A stretch of 32,000 nt of DNA from Candidatus Hadarchaeales archaeon. Its GTDB lineage: Archaea; Hadarchaeota; Hadarchaeia; Hadarchaeales; Hadarchaeaceae. Below are positions 23,651-31,568 of the stretch, in pieces. The notes below the pieces were generated by a model. The model had not been told where the DNA came from, did not search any database, and saw only the letters and a list, made by a program, of their open reading frames with translations. The DNA lies in contig JAWBCC010000001.1 of NCBI GenBank assembly GCA_038823825.1, forward strand, positions 431,421 to 463,420. Direction: 5' to 3'. A program made the translations under genes and the position numbers. Every line of letters starts with the position of its first letter. Position 1 is the first letter of the stretch.

Positions 23651-26600
23651 TCATCGGCTAGAACGACGTTTTCGTTTTCTACGCTTCATCCTCGGGAGGC
23701 GATAGATTTTCCAAAAAACTGCTAGCGCAGCAATCGATACACAGCCGATAAAAATCACTATTTTATATTTTTGAACCCAGCTGGGTCCAGGCCATTCTAC
23801 AACCAGCTGTCTCTCCGTAACATTTCCCGCTCTGTCAACAATTTTGAGAAGAAATAGGTTAAGGCCTTCTGAGAGCTGAAGGTCCACGTTGAATATACCA
23901 TTTTCATCTGCCAATACCCGGAGATTGTCTATTTCGATTGTAGAACCAGGTTCCACCCTTCCCTTTAGCGTGAAAATTCTTGAAGATGATTTAAGTCTAT
24001 TTTCGTTTTCGAGTCCGAAGATTTCGATATCCGGAGGTACGGTATCCACGATTATCGAATATTTTCCTGTCTCACTTTCTCCTCCGGCATCCTTAGCCTT
24101 AAGGAGGAAAGTGAAAACTCCGTCTGGCAAGCCTTGATATGAAACATTCGTCTCGGTCGTCTGTTTCCACTCATTATCGTAATTATCCAAACGATAGAAA
24201 TACACAACAGAACTTGGACCGCCAACAGTCGACCAGTGGAACAACACATTTCTGTTTGATGAAGGAACCCCTTCCGCATGAGTTGAACTGAAAATTGTCG
24301 GCTTTTCGGGAGGAATGGTATCTACTATTATCCTCATCGTTGGAGACCAACCGCTTTCGTTTCCTAATCCGTCTTTCGCCTTCACGCGCCAGAACCAGAC
24401 ACCATCGGAAAGTGGTGGAGAAACTTGCCAACTTGTCTGTTGTATCCAGCCGGAGGTGCGATTTTCATGCGCGAAAGTGTCTACATCTGAAATTTGAAGT
24501 AGATACGAAACTGGTGGAGAGAAATCGCTAACGCCTGCCCATTCGAAAACTGGAGAGCTCGAAGATATGATATAATTCTGGGGAGGAAAAATCGGAGAAG
24601 GTACCGGTGGTGGTGTCGTGTCTACGTTCAGGACGAAGATCTGTGACCAAAAGCTTTCGTTTCCAGCGAAATCTTTTGCCTTAACACGCCAGAACCATGT
24701 GCCGTCAGAAAGGGTGGCAGACCAGCTTGTAGCAGATATCCATCCGGAATTCCAAACCTCTGGTGAAAAATTCGGATTTTTGCTTATCGAAATCATATAG
24801 CTTATTGGCGGAGAGTCATCCAAAACCTCTGACCAAGAGAAAGTAACCGTAGATGATCTTGTGCTGGAATTATTGAACGGCAAAAGCAGAGAAGGTGAGG
24901 AAGGAGGAGTAGTATCAATTGTAAAACTTCTCTGCCCTGACCAGACTCCCTCGTTTCCCGCGTTGTCTCGTGCCTTGACTTTCCAGTAATACCTGCCGTT
25001 TGGTAGCGGCGGTGTTAAAACCCAGCTGGTCGAAAGTATCCATCCAGAACTCCTATTCTCATGCTGAAAGAGAGGGTCATCGCTGACGGCAACTAAATAC
25101 ATCACTGGAAGAGAATTTTCTTGTACTCCCTGCCAAACCAAAATTGGTGCACTAGTACTCACCACTTCATTATCCAATGGTGAAATGAGATTTGGAGCAT
25201 TTGGAGGGACTGTGTCCACTCTGAAGCTCCGAATTTCTGACCAATCTCCCTCATTTCCAGCGTTGTCTCGGGCTTTTACCCTCCAGTACCAAACACCATC
25301 GCCCAGACTGGGGGACGTCCACTGATTGTTGGATATCCATCCGGAGCTGATGTTTTCATACGGAAATTCGTAATTATCGCTTATGGAAACGAGATACAAA
25401 ACCGGAAGGGAGTTTTCTACAACACTCTGCCAGCTGAAAATTGGTGTGACATTATTCGTGTTCTCACCCTCAAGCGGATTGAGGAGAACTGGTGGTGGAG
25501 GGTTTACTGTGTCCACTCTGAACCATATTTCTGAATTCTCGCTCAGAAATCTGGCGTTATCTCTCGCTTGAATGCGGGCATACCATATACCATCGGGAAG
25601 CGGTGACGTCAGCGCCCAAGTTGTGTTTTCTATCCATCCTGAATCCACGTCAACTGATGAAAAATCTGGGTCGTTATCAATCCAAAGCCTGTATAAAACT
25701 GGAGGCGAAGAACTCCATACTTCAGTCCAGCTGATAACGAATTCATTTTCTCCAATGTTTTCGCCAAGCGAAGGATAGAGAAATGTGGGTGCAAGGAGAG
25801 TTGGGATGTACGTCACAGAAATCTCGCGGATCTCTGGAGCGCTACCAAAAAGCTCCAGCCGGTATTGAAGATAACGCCCTGAAGGAAGGTTTTCGTTCTC
25901 CATTCCATTTTGATGGACAATCCAGTCCGTCCAGCCACCATCGTACGGGTTGTTGTCCATCCCTGTACGCAATTTTATCACGATTTCCGATCCGGGGGGT
26001 TTGTTAGCAATCAATCTGACATTCTTCCAGTCAGCTGTTCTGTGGCTATCGAATATGTTAGATTCAATCCAGCCCGAGACGCTTCCCGGTGAAAGAGTTA
26101 TCTTTCCGGAATTCTCCCAGATGATGTTTTCGGCTGAATAAAACCAAGCATAAGAACGAGTGAATCTTCCTACTTCTAGCTCTTTGATACCACCATCCCA
26201 GGTCGTCTGTGTCCATGTGAAGGTGGGAGCAATGACTGGTTGTTCGGGCGAAATCCCGCCGACAACAACAAGAGCAAATGGCTGAGCATCGGTTTCCGGT
26301 TCGCCCATCGGAACGTTGTAGCCTATCACCTCAATCTTGTAAATCCCGGTTGGAAATCTGTTGTTTTCTGGAGTCAGGATCACGGCTTCCTCTGTGTTTC
26401 GCCTGTCGGCTGAACCACCTGCAACCGAAAATCCTGGATTGTATCCTGCAAAAACATTGCCGAGGTAGACGTTTCCATTTGGATCCGTGACCTTCAGATC
26501 AAGATCGTTCACGAGTTGAATCGAGGCACTTGGACTCCCAGGGTAATCGGTCCAGCATAGCACAAACTTCAACGGTTGTGTGTTGTCGATTATGTTGACA

Positions 26601-28210
26601 AAATATGTTGCTGTTTCTCCTGTGGAAATTCCCAGTCTGTTATCAACGACCCACATACGTTTGTTGTCGCCCTCAAAGTAAAGAGAATTGTTCAAGTTTA
26701 CCCTTCCCCATCCCTGATCCCAATTCGGGTAGAAGTAACCGTTGTAGTATGCATACTGTCCATTTATCTCAACGGCTCCGGCGATGAGTGTGGCCTTTAC
26801 GAGGGCGGAGGAGGGCTCGAATGCGTCCGCGGGGTTTCTTTTTCCGCTGGGATACCACCCTTCCTCGTAGTATTGTCTAATCAAGGCAACTGAGCCGGCT
26901 ACGGCGGGCGTGGACATGCTCGTTCCACTTTTCTGGATGTACAAGTTATCTCCCTCAAAATTCGCAGACCATATAAACTGACCGGGTGCGACAACGGTCG
27001 GTCTTATTCTATTGTCCTGGGTGGGTCCACGACTGCTGTAATACCAAATGTCGTTGGAGGATACACCATTTTTCGTGGCGCCTACGGCAATCACATTCTT
27101 TGCTTCTGCTTGAGCGCTCAGAGTCCCAGATGATGGGCCTGAATTTCCCATTCCATAAAGAATTGTGAAATCTTTGTGAAGCCAAAGAAAATTGTCGATT
27201 CGCTGACTTTCCGAAGTGTAGCCGCTACCGCCTCCCCAGCTATTTGTGTGAATTAGGGAGCCAACGTCGTAAGCCGGTTCAAACATTTTGAAAAAATCAT
27301 CTGGTGGGTAAATGTAGGGATCTGAATCGCTGTCGATATCTTGCATTACTATTCTTGCGACGAAAGCGTGCCCATCGTGTTTGGCAACATCATAAGCGAA
27401 CAAAGTACCTGCATCACCGGCAACTGTCCCCGCGACATGTGTCCCATGACCGCTCTCGTCACCCAAGGCTCCTCCAGCGCCCTCGGGTACGTAGTACGCT
27501 CGTATTTTACGGTGGTTTATTCCTACGTTCTCGCTGTCCACAAACATCTCGTGGGTGATGCGAATACCGGTGTCGGCGATCGTAATCAGCTGATTCTCTC
27601 CATGAAGCCCGTTCTCGTGAACCGGCGCGAAATGATAGATTCCGGACTGGACCACCCATCGAGCGTTTTCGTTGAAAATCTTTGGTTGGGTGTACGGCTC
27701 TATCCAAAGAACCTCATCGAGCGAGGCCAAGGCTAATAGATCAGACTTATTGACTCTACCTATCAAAGAATTTTCGATCATAACGACTCTGACGGACACA
27801 TCACCCCATTTCTGTAGAAGATCTGGGTGAATTTTGTATTGCGGCAGATACGGACCGGCCCATTGAACGTATGAAAGATTTCTGATTTTTTCTAAGGTTG
27901 AGAAATCCTTCGTTTTAATAAGAAAAGTGTAGTCTGGGATATACCACAGGATTTCGCACCTTCCGATTTCTTGTAGCTCCTTTTTCCAATCTGGCATAAT
28001 CGGTCCTTTCATCTGCACCAGAAGGAGATTCGTTTCGCTCCACATTTGAAGTGTGTGAGCATCATGGAGTGGGTCAAAAGAGCCAGATTTAAGGTGTATG
28101 AAAATTTTTTCCCTTTGTCCGGTGGAGGTGGGGAGGAGAAAGATAGATAACATCGAAAGTAAAAGCCCAAAAAATATGAACGCCTTAAAAGTTTCTTTAA
28201 GCTGACTCAT
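23651..28210 (-). CDS. membrane-anchored extracellular subtilisin-like serine protease (peptidase S8) with tandem beta-sandwich modules
   Basis: Track ORF of 1533 aa from GTG 28252. I prefer ATG 28210 (MSQLKETFKAFIFFGLLLSMLSIFLLP), which lies 21-30 nt downstream of a TATA-like box. S8 triad motifs occur in D-H-S order: ITIADTGI, SGHGTHVAGT, SGTSMSTPAVAG. Six tandem ~100-aa modules follow, then a C-terminal TM (IVIFIGCVSIAALAVFWKIY) and an RLPRMKRRKRKRRSSR tail. Confidence 0.9.
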   Translation of the reverse strand: MSQLKETFKAFIFFGLLLSMLSIFLLPTSTGQREKIFIHLKSGSFDPLHDAHTLQMWSETNLLLVQMKGPIMPDWKKELQEIGRCEILWYIPDYTFLIKTKDFSTLEKIRNLSYVQWAGPYLPQYKIHPDLLQKWGDVSVRVVMIENSLIGRVNKSDLLALASLDEVLWIEPYTQPKIFNENARWVVQSGIYHFAPVHENGLHGENQLITIADTGIRITHEMFVDSENVGINHRKIRAYYVPEGAGGALGDESGHGTHVAGTVAGDAGTLFAYDVAKHDGHAFVARIVMQDIDSDSDPYIYPPDDFFKMFEPAYDVGSLIHTNSWGGGSGYTSESQRIDNFLWLHKDFTILYGMGNSGPSSGTLSAQAEAKNVIAVGATKNGVSSNDIWYYSSRGPTQDNRIRPTVVAPGQFIWSANFEGDNLYIQKSGTSMSTPAVAGSVALIRQYYEEGWYPSGKRNPADAFEPSSALVKATLIAGAVEINGQYAYYNGYFYPNWDQGWGRVNLNNSLYFEGDNKRMWVVDNRLGISTGETATYFVNIIDNTQPLKFVLCWTDYPGSPSASIQLVNDLDLKVTDPNGNVYLGNVFAGYNPGFSVAGGSADRRNTEEAVILTPENNRFPTGIYKIEVIGYNVPMGEPETDAQPFALVVVGGISPEQPVIAPTFTWTQTTWDGGIKELEVGRFTRSYAWFYSAENIIWENSGKITLSPGSVSGWIESNIFDSHRTADWKNVRLIANKPPGSEIVIKLRTGMDNNPYDGGWTDWIVHQNGMENENLPSGRYLQYRLELFGSAPEIREISVTYIPTLLAPTFLYPSLGENIGENEFVISWTEVWSSSPPVLYRLWIDNDPDFSSVDVDSGWIENTTWALTSPLPDGIWYARIQARDNARFLSENSEIWFRVDTVNPPPPVLLNPLEGENTNNVTPIFSWQSVVENSLPVLYLVSISDNYEFPYENISSGWISNNQWTSPSLGDGVWYWRVKARDNAGNEGDWSEIRSFRVDTVPPNAPNLISPLDNEVVSTSAPILVWQGVQENSLPVMYLVAVSDDPLFQHENRSSGWILSTSWVLTPPLPNGRYYWKVKARDNAGNEGVWSGQRSFTIDTTPPSSPSLLLPFNNSSTRSSTVTFSWSEVLDDSPPISYMISISKNPNFSPEVWNSGWISATSWSATLSDGTWFWRVKAKDFAGNESFWSQIFVLNVDTTPPPVPSPIFPPQNYIISSSSPVFEWAGVSDFSPPVSYLLQISDVDTFAHENRTSGWIQQTSWQVSPPLSDGVWFWRVKAKDGLGNESGWSPTMRIIVDTIPPEKPTIFSSTHAEGVPSSNRNVLFHWSTVGGPSSVVYFYRLDNYDNEWKQTTETNVSYQGLPDGVFTFLLKAKDAGGESETGKYSIIVDTVPPDIEIFGLENENRLKSSSRIFTLKGRVEPGSTIEIDNLRVLADENGIFNVDLQLSEGLNLFLLKIVDRAGNVTERQLVVEWPGPSWVQKYKIVIFIGCVSIAALAVFWKIYRLPRMKRRKRKRRSSR
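24029..25801 (-). repeat. six tandem in-frame coding repeats (~294-309 nt each) inside the protease gene
   Basis: Module limits, in aa numbered from GTG 28252, are 818-920, 921-1020, 1021-1120, 1121-1218, 1219-1318 and 1319-1408. The shared signature W.W(R/K)VKA(R/K)D.AGNE(G/S).WS...F.(V/I)DT.PP recurs at aa 988, 1088, 1186 and 1286. Modules 1 and 6 are degenerate. The DNA copies are diverged, as in cgttgtctcgggcttttaccctccagta versus cgttgtctcgtgccttgactttccagta. Confidence 0.85.
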
Positions 28211-28230
28211 CACTGTTTTCCTACTTTTCC

Positions 28231-28240
28231 TGAAATAAAT
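28231..28240 (-). promoter_or_regulatory. TATA-like box for the protease gene
   Basis: The minus strand reads ATTTATTTCA, 21-30 nt upstream of ATG 28210 and downstream of the pckG stop. This suggests an independent, near-leaderless transcript. Confidence 0.4.
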
Positions 28241-28272
28241 ACCTCCAAACACGGGAGAATTTTGTTGATCTC

Positions 28273-30171
28273 TTACTCTTCGGGTAGATTTTCTGGAGAA
28301 ACAGGGTCTCCAAATTCTTTCATGAGCTCGAGCAATCTCTTTTTCTGCTCCTCAAGAATCACAAATATCTCGGCCGGGGCTTCTGGTTCATTCTTCCAGA
28401 ATTTCTCGACTCTCTCTGTTTTCTTCAGATTTTCTTTCACACGAATTGAAAACTGCTTGATGTATTCCTCACGAGAATATTCTTTTTTCCGGACTTTACG
28501 GAAGAGTTCGACCAGGTCTTCATACCTCGGGATGAGTCCAGTAGGAGCTACAAGTGCTCCTACTTCGTCATGAACCCGGAGCTCCATCCATTTCACCCAG
28601 ACGTGCTTGTCCAGTCTCTCGTTCAAATATTCGCCAGTCTTCAGATCGCGGAGGAAATAGTTAACTCCAAAAACCAGAGGAACTTTCTTTAGCTTCCTTC
28701 CGAATTCTAGATAGTTCCTTATGTACTGGCCGAGCGGAATTGAAAGGAAATCTTGGATGCTCATAACGTTTATCTCAAACTTGGGCTCCTCGATTATCGC
28801 GAATGTCGTTTCCGTTTCGAGCCCTGCGCCGTAGACGACTATGCCATGCTCCCAGCTGAAACCCTGCTGGACCGGAACGAAAGCTCTGTAGTCGCGTCCA
28901 CCAAACATTATTCCGCCAATTTCTACGCCATTCGGATTGTCAAGCTCTGGATCGCAGTTCGGCAGAGCTCTGAGGTTGACAGTATAGCGTGCGTTCGGGT
29001 GGGCCGGCGGAATCGGTTTCCCATCTGGCCCTACTTTTCCCTCCCACCACTCACCTGAGAAGTTTATACCGCGTTTTGGGAGCTCACATCCCATTTCAAG
29101 CCACCACGGTCTAGCGTCTTTTATCAAAACATTTGAGAAGATTATTTCTCCTGGACTCGTGAGAACTTGATATATCAGAGGATCGCTTTCCGGACTGACT
29201 CCTTGGAGAATTCCGAAAATTCCTGCTTCGACATTCACAGCACGACAAACTCCGTCAATGTTCTTTACGTAAGCGATGTCATCCGCAAGAATCGTTTCTC
29301 CCGGAAGCATGGCTGTTGATGTTTTTCCACATGCGCTTGGGAATGCTCCAGCGAAATAGGTCTTTCTCCCGTTTGGACCGCGAACTCCCATGATCATGAA
29401 GTGCTCGGCAAGCCAGCCTTCCCTGTGGGCTTTGCGAATCGCAAGCCTAAGAGCGAGTTTCTTGAAACCTACAGAGTTTCCGGCATACTGAGTGTTTACA
29501 CTGTAGACCGTGTTCGTCACGTAATCGATGTAAATTCTTTTCTTTTCGTGATCTATGCTGGTCATCCTTTCGTCCAACCTGCCGGAAGAGTGAAGGGTCT
29601 TGAAAACTTCTGCGTTTTCGTCCAGAGCGCAGAAAACGTCATATCCGGAGCGATAGAGAAGGCTAACAGAATGAGCAACGTACCAAGAGTCTGTACATTC
29701 CATGCACGGAATAGTGAAGGGGGAGTTCTTCGGACCGAGCGTCAAGAAACGGACAATCATCGTTTTTCCTTTCATCGAGCCTTTCAAGAGTCCGAAGATT
29801 TCTGACAATCCTTCGTCCCTGTCGATTTGGTTAAGTCTCGGACTTAGATAATCACCCTTCGGCACCAGGAATTTTGTAGCCTGCCTGTCACGGCCCTGAT
29901 CAAAATAACCGTCAAAGTGAAATGTGTGCCCGGGAATGCTAAGAGCAGCACATTCCTCTCCACTCGCTATCGCCATATGTTTGATGTACGCGAGGTCGTC
30001 TGGTGAGTCGTTGCAGACGAAAATTCTGTCTGGTTCGCAGAGCTCAATCGCCATGGCGATGAACTCATAGACTTGAGGGGATCGTATGGCCGTAAGCTTT
30101 TCTAGCTCCTTTTCTGGAGCCTTCCTTGCCACTATTTCGAGATGTCTGTTTATTTCGTTATTTTTTGACAT
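28273..30171 (-). CDS. pckG: phosphoenolpyruvate carboxykinase (GTP)
   Basis: 632 aa with the kinase-1a motif GAFPSACGKTS, DDIAY, and the NARYT and FGGRD motifs typical of GTP-PEPCK. GAGGTG lies about 10 nt upstream of the ATG. Confidence 0.93.
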   Translation of the reverse strand: MSKNNEINRHLEIVARKAPEKELEKLTAIRSPQVYEFIAMAIELCEPDRIFVCNDSPDDLAYIKHMAIASGEECAALSIPGHTFHFDGYFDQGRDRQATKFLVPKGDYLSPRLNQIDRDEGLSEIFGLLKGSMKGKTMIVRFLTLGPKNSPFTIPCMECTDSWYVAHSVSLLYRSGYDVFCALDENAEVFKTLHSSGRLDERMTSIDHEKKRIYIDYVTNTVYSVNTQYAGNSVGFKKLALRLAIRKAHREGWLAEHFMIMGVRGPNGRKTYFAGAFPSACGKTSTAMLPGETILADDIAYVKNIDGVCRAVNVEAGIFGILQGVSPESDPLIYQVLTSPGEIIFSNVLIKDARPWWLEMGCELPKRGINFSGEWWEGKVGPDGKPIPPAHPNARYTVNLRALPNCDPELDNPNGVEIGGIMFGGRDYRAFVPVQQGFSWEHGIVVYGAGLETETTFAIIEEPKFEINVMSIQDFLSIPLGQYIRNYLEFGRKLKKVPLVFGVNYFLRDLKTGEYLNERLDKHVWVKWMELRVHDEVGALVAPTGLIPRYEDLVELFRKVRKKEYSREEYIKQFSIRVKENLKKTERVEKFWKNEPEAPAEIFVILEEQKKRLLELMKEFGDPVSPENLPEE

Positions 30172-30275
30172 TTTGTTAACACCTCACGGTTGATTTTCAA
30201 CATTTTTATGCCATAGGATTTAAAAACTTTATCATTACGTTTTATGAAGAAAAAATTTCCAAAATGACGAAAAGG

Positions 30276-30284
30276 TTTTTAAAA
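30276..30284 (+). promoter_or_regulatory. TATA-like box upstream of the small membrane-protein gene
   Basis: TTTTTAAAA is centred at 30280, 25 nt upstream of ATG 30305. This points to 30305, rather than GTG 30340, as the transcription and translation start. Confidence 0.4.
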
Positions 30285-30339
30285 CTTTTGCTAAAGAATG
30301 ACTGATGAAAGATAAAAAAGAAGAATAGCGCTCGCTTTT

Positions 30340-30783
30340 GTGGTGATAGCTTTAATCGCTGTTGTGGCTTTTGTTTTTCTCTCCAAAAAGGAAAAGAAAG
30401 AGGAGGGTGGAGGAGAAGCGCCACCTTCATGCGAACTCCCTCCAGAGTATTTCTCCATTAATAGAGTTTACTTCAGCGACATTTCTCCATATGATTTTGA
30501 GGTCGTCGTTGAGATCACGAGCGGCGGAAGAGGAGTACGTGTCTGCTCCATCGGGATTGACTATGGAAATGGGATCGGATTTCAAGACAATGTAATCGAG
30601 GCGGAGTATACTCCTCCAAAAAATCCTGAAAACTGCAAAATTGTACTCAGAGAAGACATGGCAAAATGGACACTACCTAGCGGTCAACATCCCAAGACTG
30701 GACAAACATATCACACAAAGGTCCATTTAACTCTTACAGACAACACATACCTCGTTTGGGAAGGAAACACGGGATATCTGTAG
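30340..30783 (+). CDS. small N-terminally anchored hypothetical protein (start probably disrupted or frameshifted, see findings)
   Basis: 147-aa ORF from GTG 30340. It begins with a hydrophobic VIALIAVVAFVFL, then a KKEKKEEGGGE linker and about 110 beta-rich aa. The same frame is open back to 30316 and encodes KRRIALAF. I recognise no family. Confidence 0.55.
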   Translation: MVIALIAVVAFVFLSKKEKKEEGGGEAPPSCELPPEYFSINRVYFSDISPYDFEVVVEITSGGRGVRVCSIGIDYGNGIGFQDNVIEAEYTPPKNPENCKIVLREDMAKWTLPSGQHPKTGQTYHTKVHLTLTDNTYLVWEGNTGYL

Positions 30784-30807
30784 ACTTGAAGGAATAAACC
30801 AAAAAAT

Positions 30808-31287
30808 GTGATCCGGTGGCGAGGAAAGAGAAGTACTGGTGTTTTCTTTTATAAACCTCCTTGTCCAAAACCAAAGCCGGTAGAAAGCATGCAAGAGGAA
30901 CGTCTGCCGAAGTTTGAGGATTTTGTTGAACCAGATATTCCTATGAATTCGTCGCACACCGTCGGGCTCACAAATAGACTAAAGCGTGACCCGCGAAGCT
31001 CCGGTCTCGGATGCTTTGAGCTGATCAACTCCCACGGCAAAGGAAACCGAGAAGAGTTATTGAAAAAAGCGACGGAGCTGGCTATTCTACTGAGAATGAA
31101 GCATGGATACACTTTCGATGTGGACATGCTGGTTGACACTCTCCTACATCTTCGGAAGGCCGGCTTCATGGATGGCTTGATAACTGCGTTTTACTTTACC
31201 ACTCCTCAACCGCTCATTTTGGAATCCGCTGACGTTTACGGCGAACCGCTGAACTATTTGCTTGTTGCGCCAAGAATCGATGAATGA
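30808..31287 (+). CDS. hypothetical protein
   Basis: 159-aa ORF from GTG 30808, or 133 aa from ATG 30889 (MQEERLPKFEDF...). It is a mixed alpha/beta-looking sequence 24 nt after the previous gene. I recognise no motif, and a T7 run follows at 31324-31330. Confidence 0.45.
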   Translation: MIRWRGKRSTGVFFYKPPCPKPKPVESMQEERLPKFEDFVEPDIPMNSSHTVGLTNRLKRDPRSSGLGCFELINSHGKGNREELLKKATELAILLRMKHGYTFDVDMLVDTLLHLRKAGFMDGLITAFYFTTPQPLILESADVYGEPLNYLLVAPRIDE

Positions 31288-31568
31288 AATTCATTACTCG
31301 GTCAGAGATTTGACAATCATAACTTTTTTTCAAGCAATGCTCACAAAATTTAGCGAAGCTGAGCATTTCTCGTGCATCGTCTCTTTCTCCTTTGCTGTTA
31401 TGCAGGAAGTTCATTACTTCTATAACTTTTTTGAAGCTTGCCGCTGGATAAACACGACTGTGAAAAGCAAAGCATTGCTTTCTTCAACCTTTTCGAATGA
31501 AGCAATTAAATCTTCTAATTGACACATTCTCTGAGCATCAATTTTTTGCTTGAGAACTATATTTAAAT

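Noticed and set aside
24183-27736. Many 60-131-aa ORFs on both strands inside the protease gene, some with mutually similar sequences (e.g. 24315..24497 and 24618..24800)
   Set aside because: They are alternative-frame or antisense readings of the tandem modules. Their similarity simply mirrors the repeats of the 1533-aa ORF.
30264-30308. C/D-box sRNA candidate (ATGACGA ... CTGA/CTGATGA) in the pckG upstream region
   Set aside because: The box order and spacing do not give the C-D'-C'-D layout with ~12-nt guides, and the motifs are expected by chance in AT-rich promoter DNA.
31214-31522. 66-aa minus ORF (31214..31414) and 86-aa plus ORF (31262..31522) in the cas6-proximal gap
   Set aside because: They are mutually antisense in AT-rich DNA and lack motifs or an SD/TATA context. 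The minus ORF also overlaps the 3' end of the more plausible 30808-31287 gene. I left the region as non-coding.
31288-31568. Possible CRISPR array or solitary repeat next to cas6
   Set aside because: No unit of 24-40 nt recurs with regular 55-80 nt periodicity. The repeats present are short, imperfect and irregularly spaced, and no ATTGAAA(G/C)-type repeat terminus was seen.
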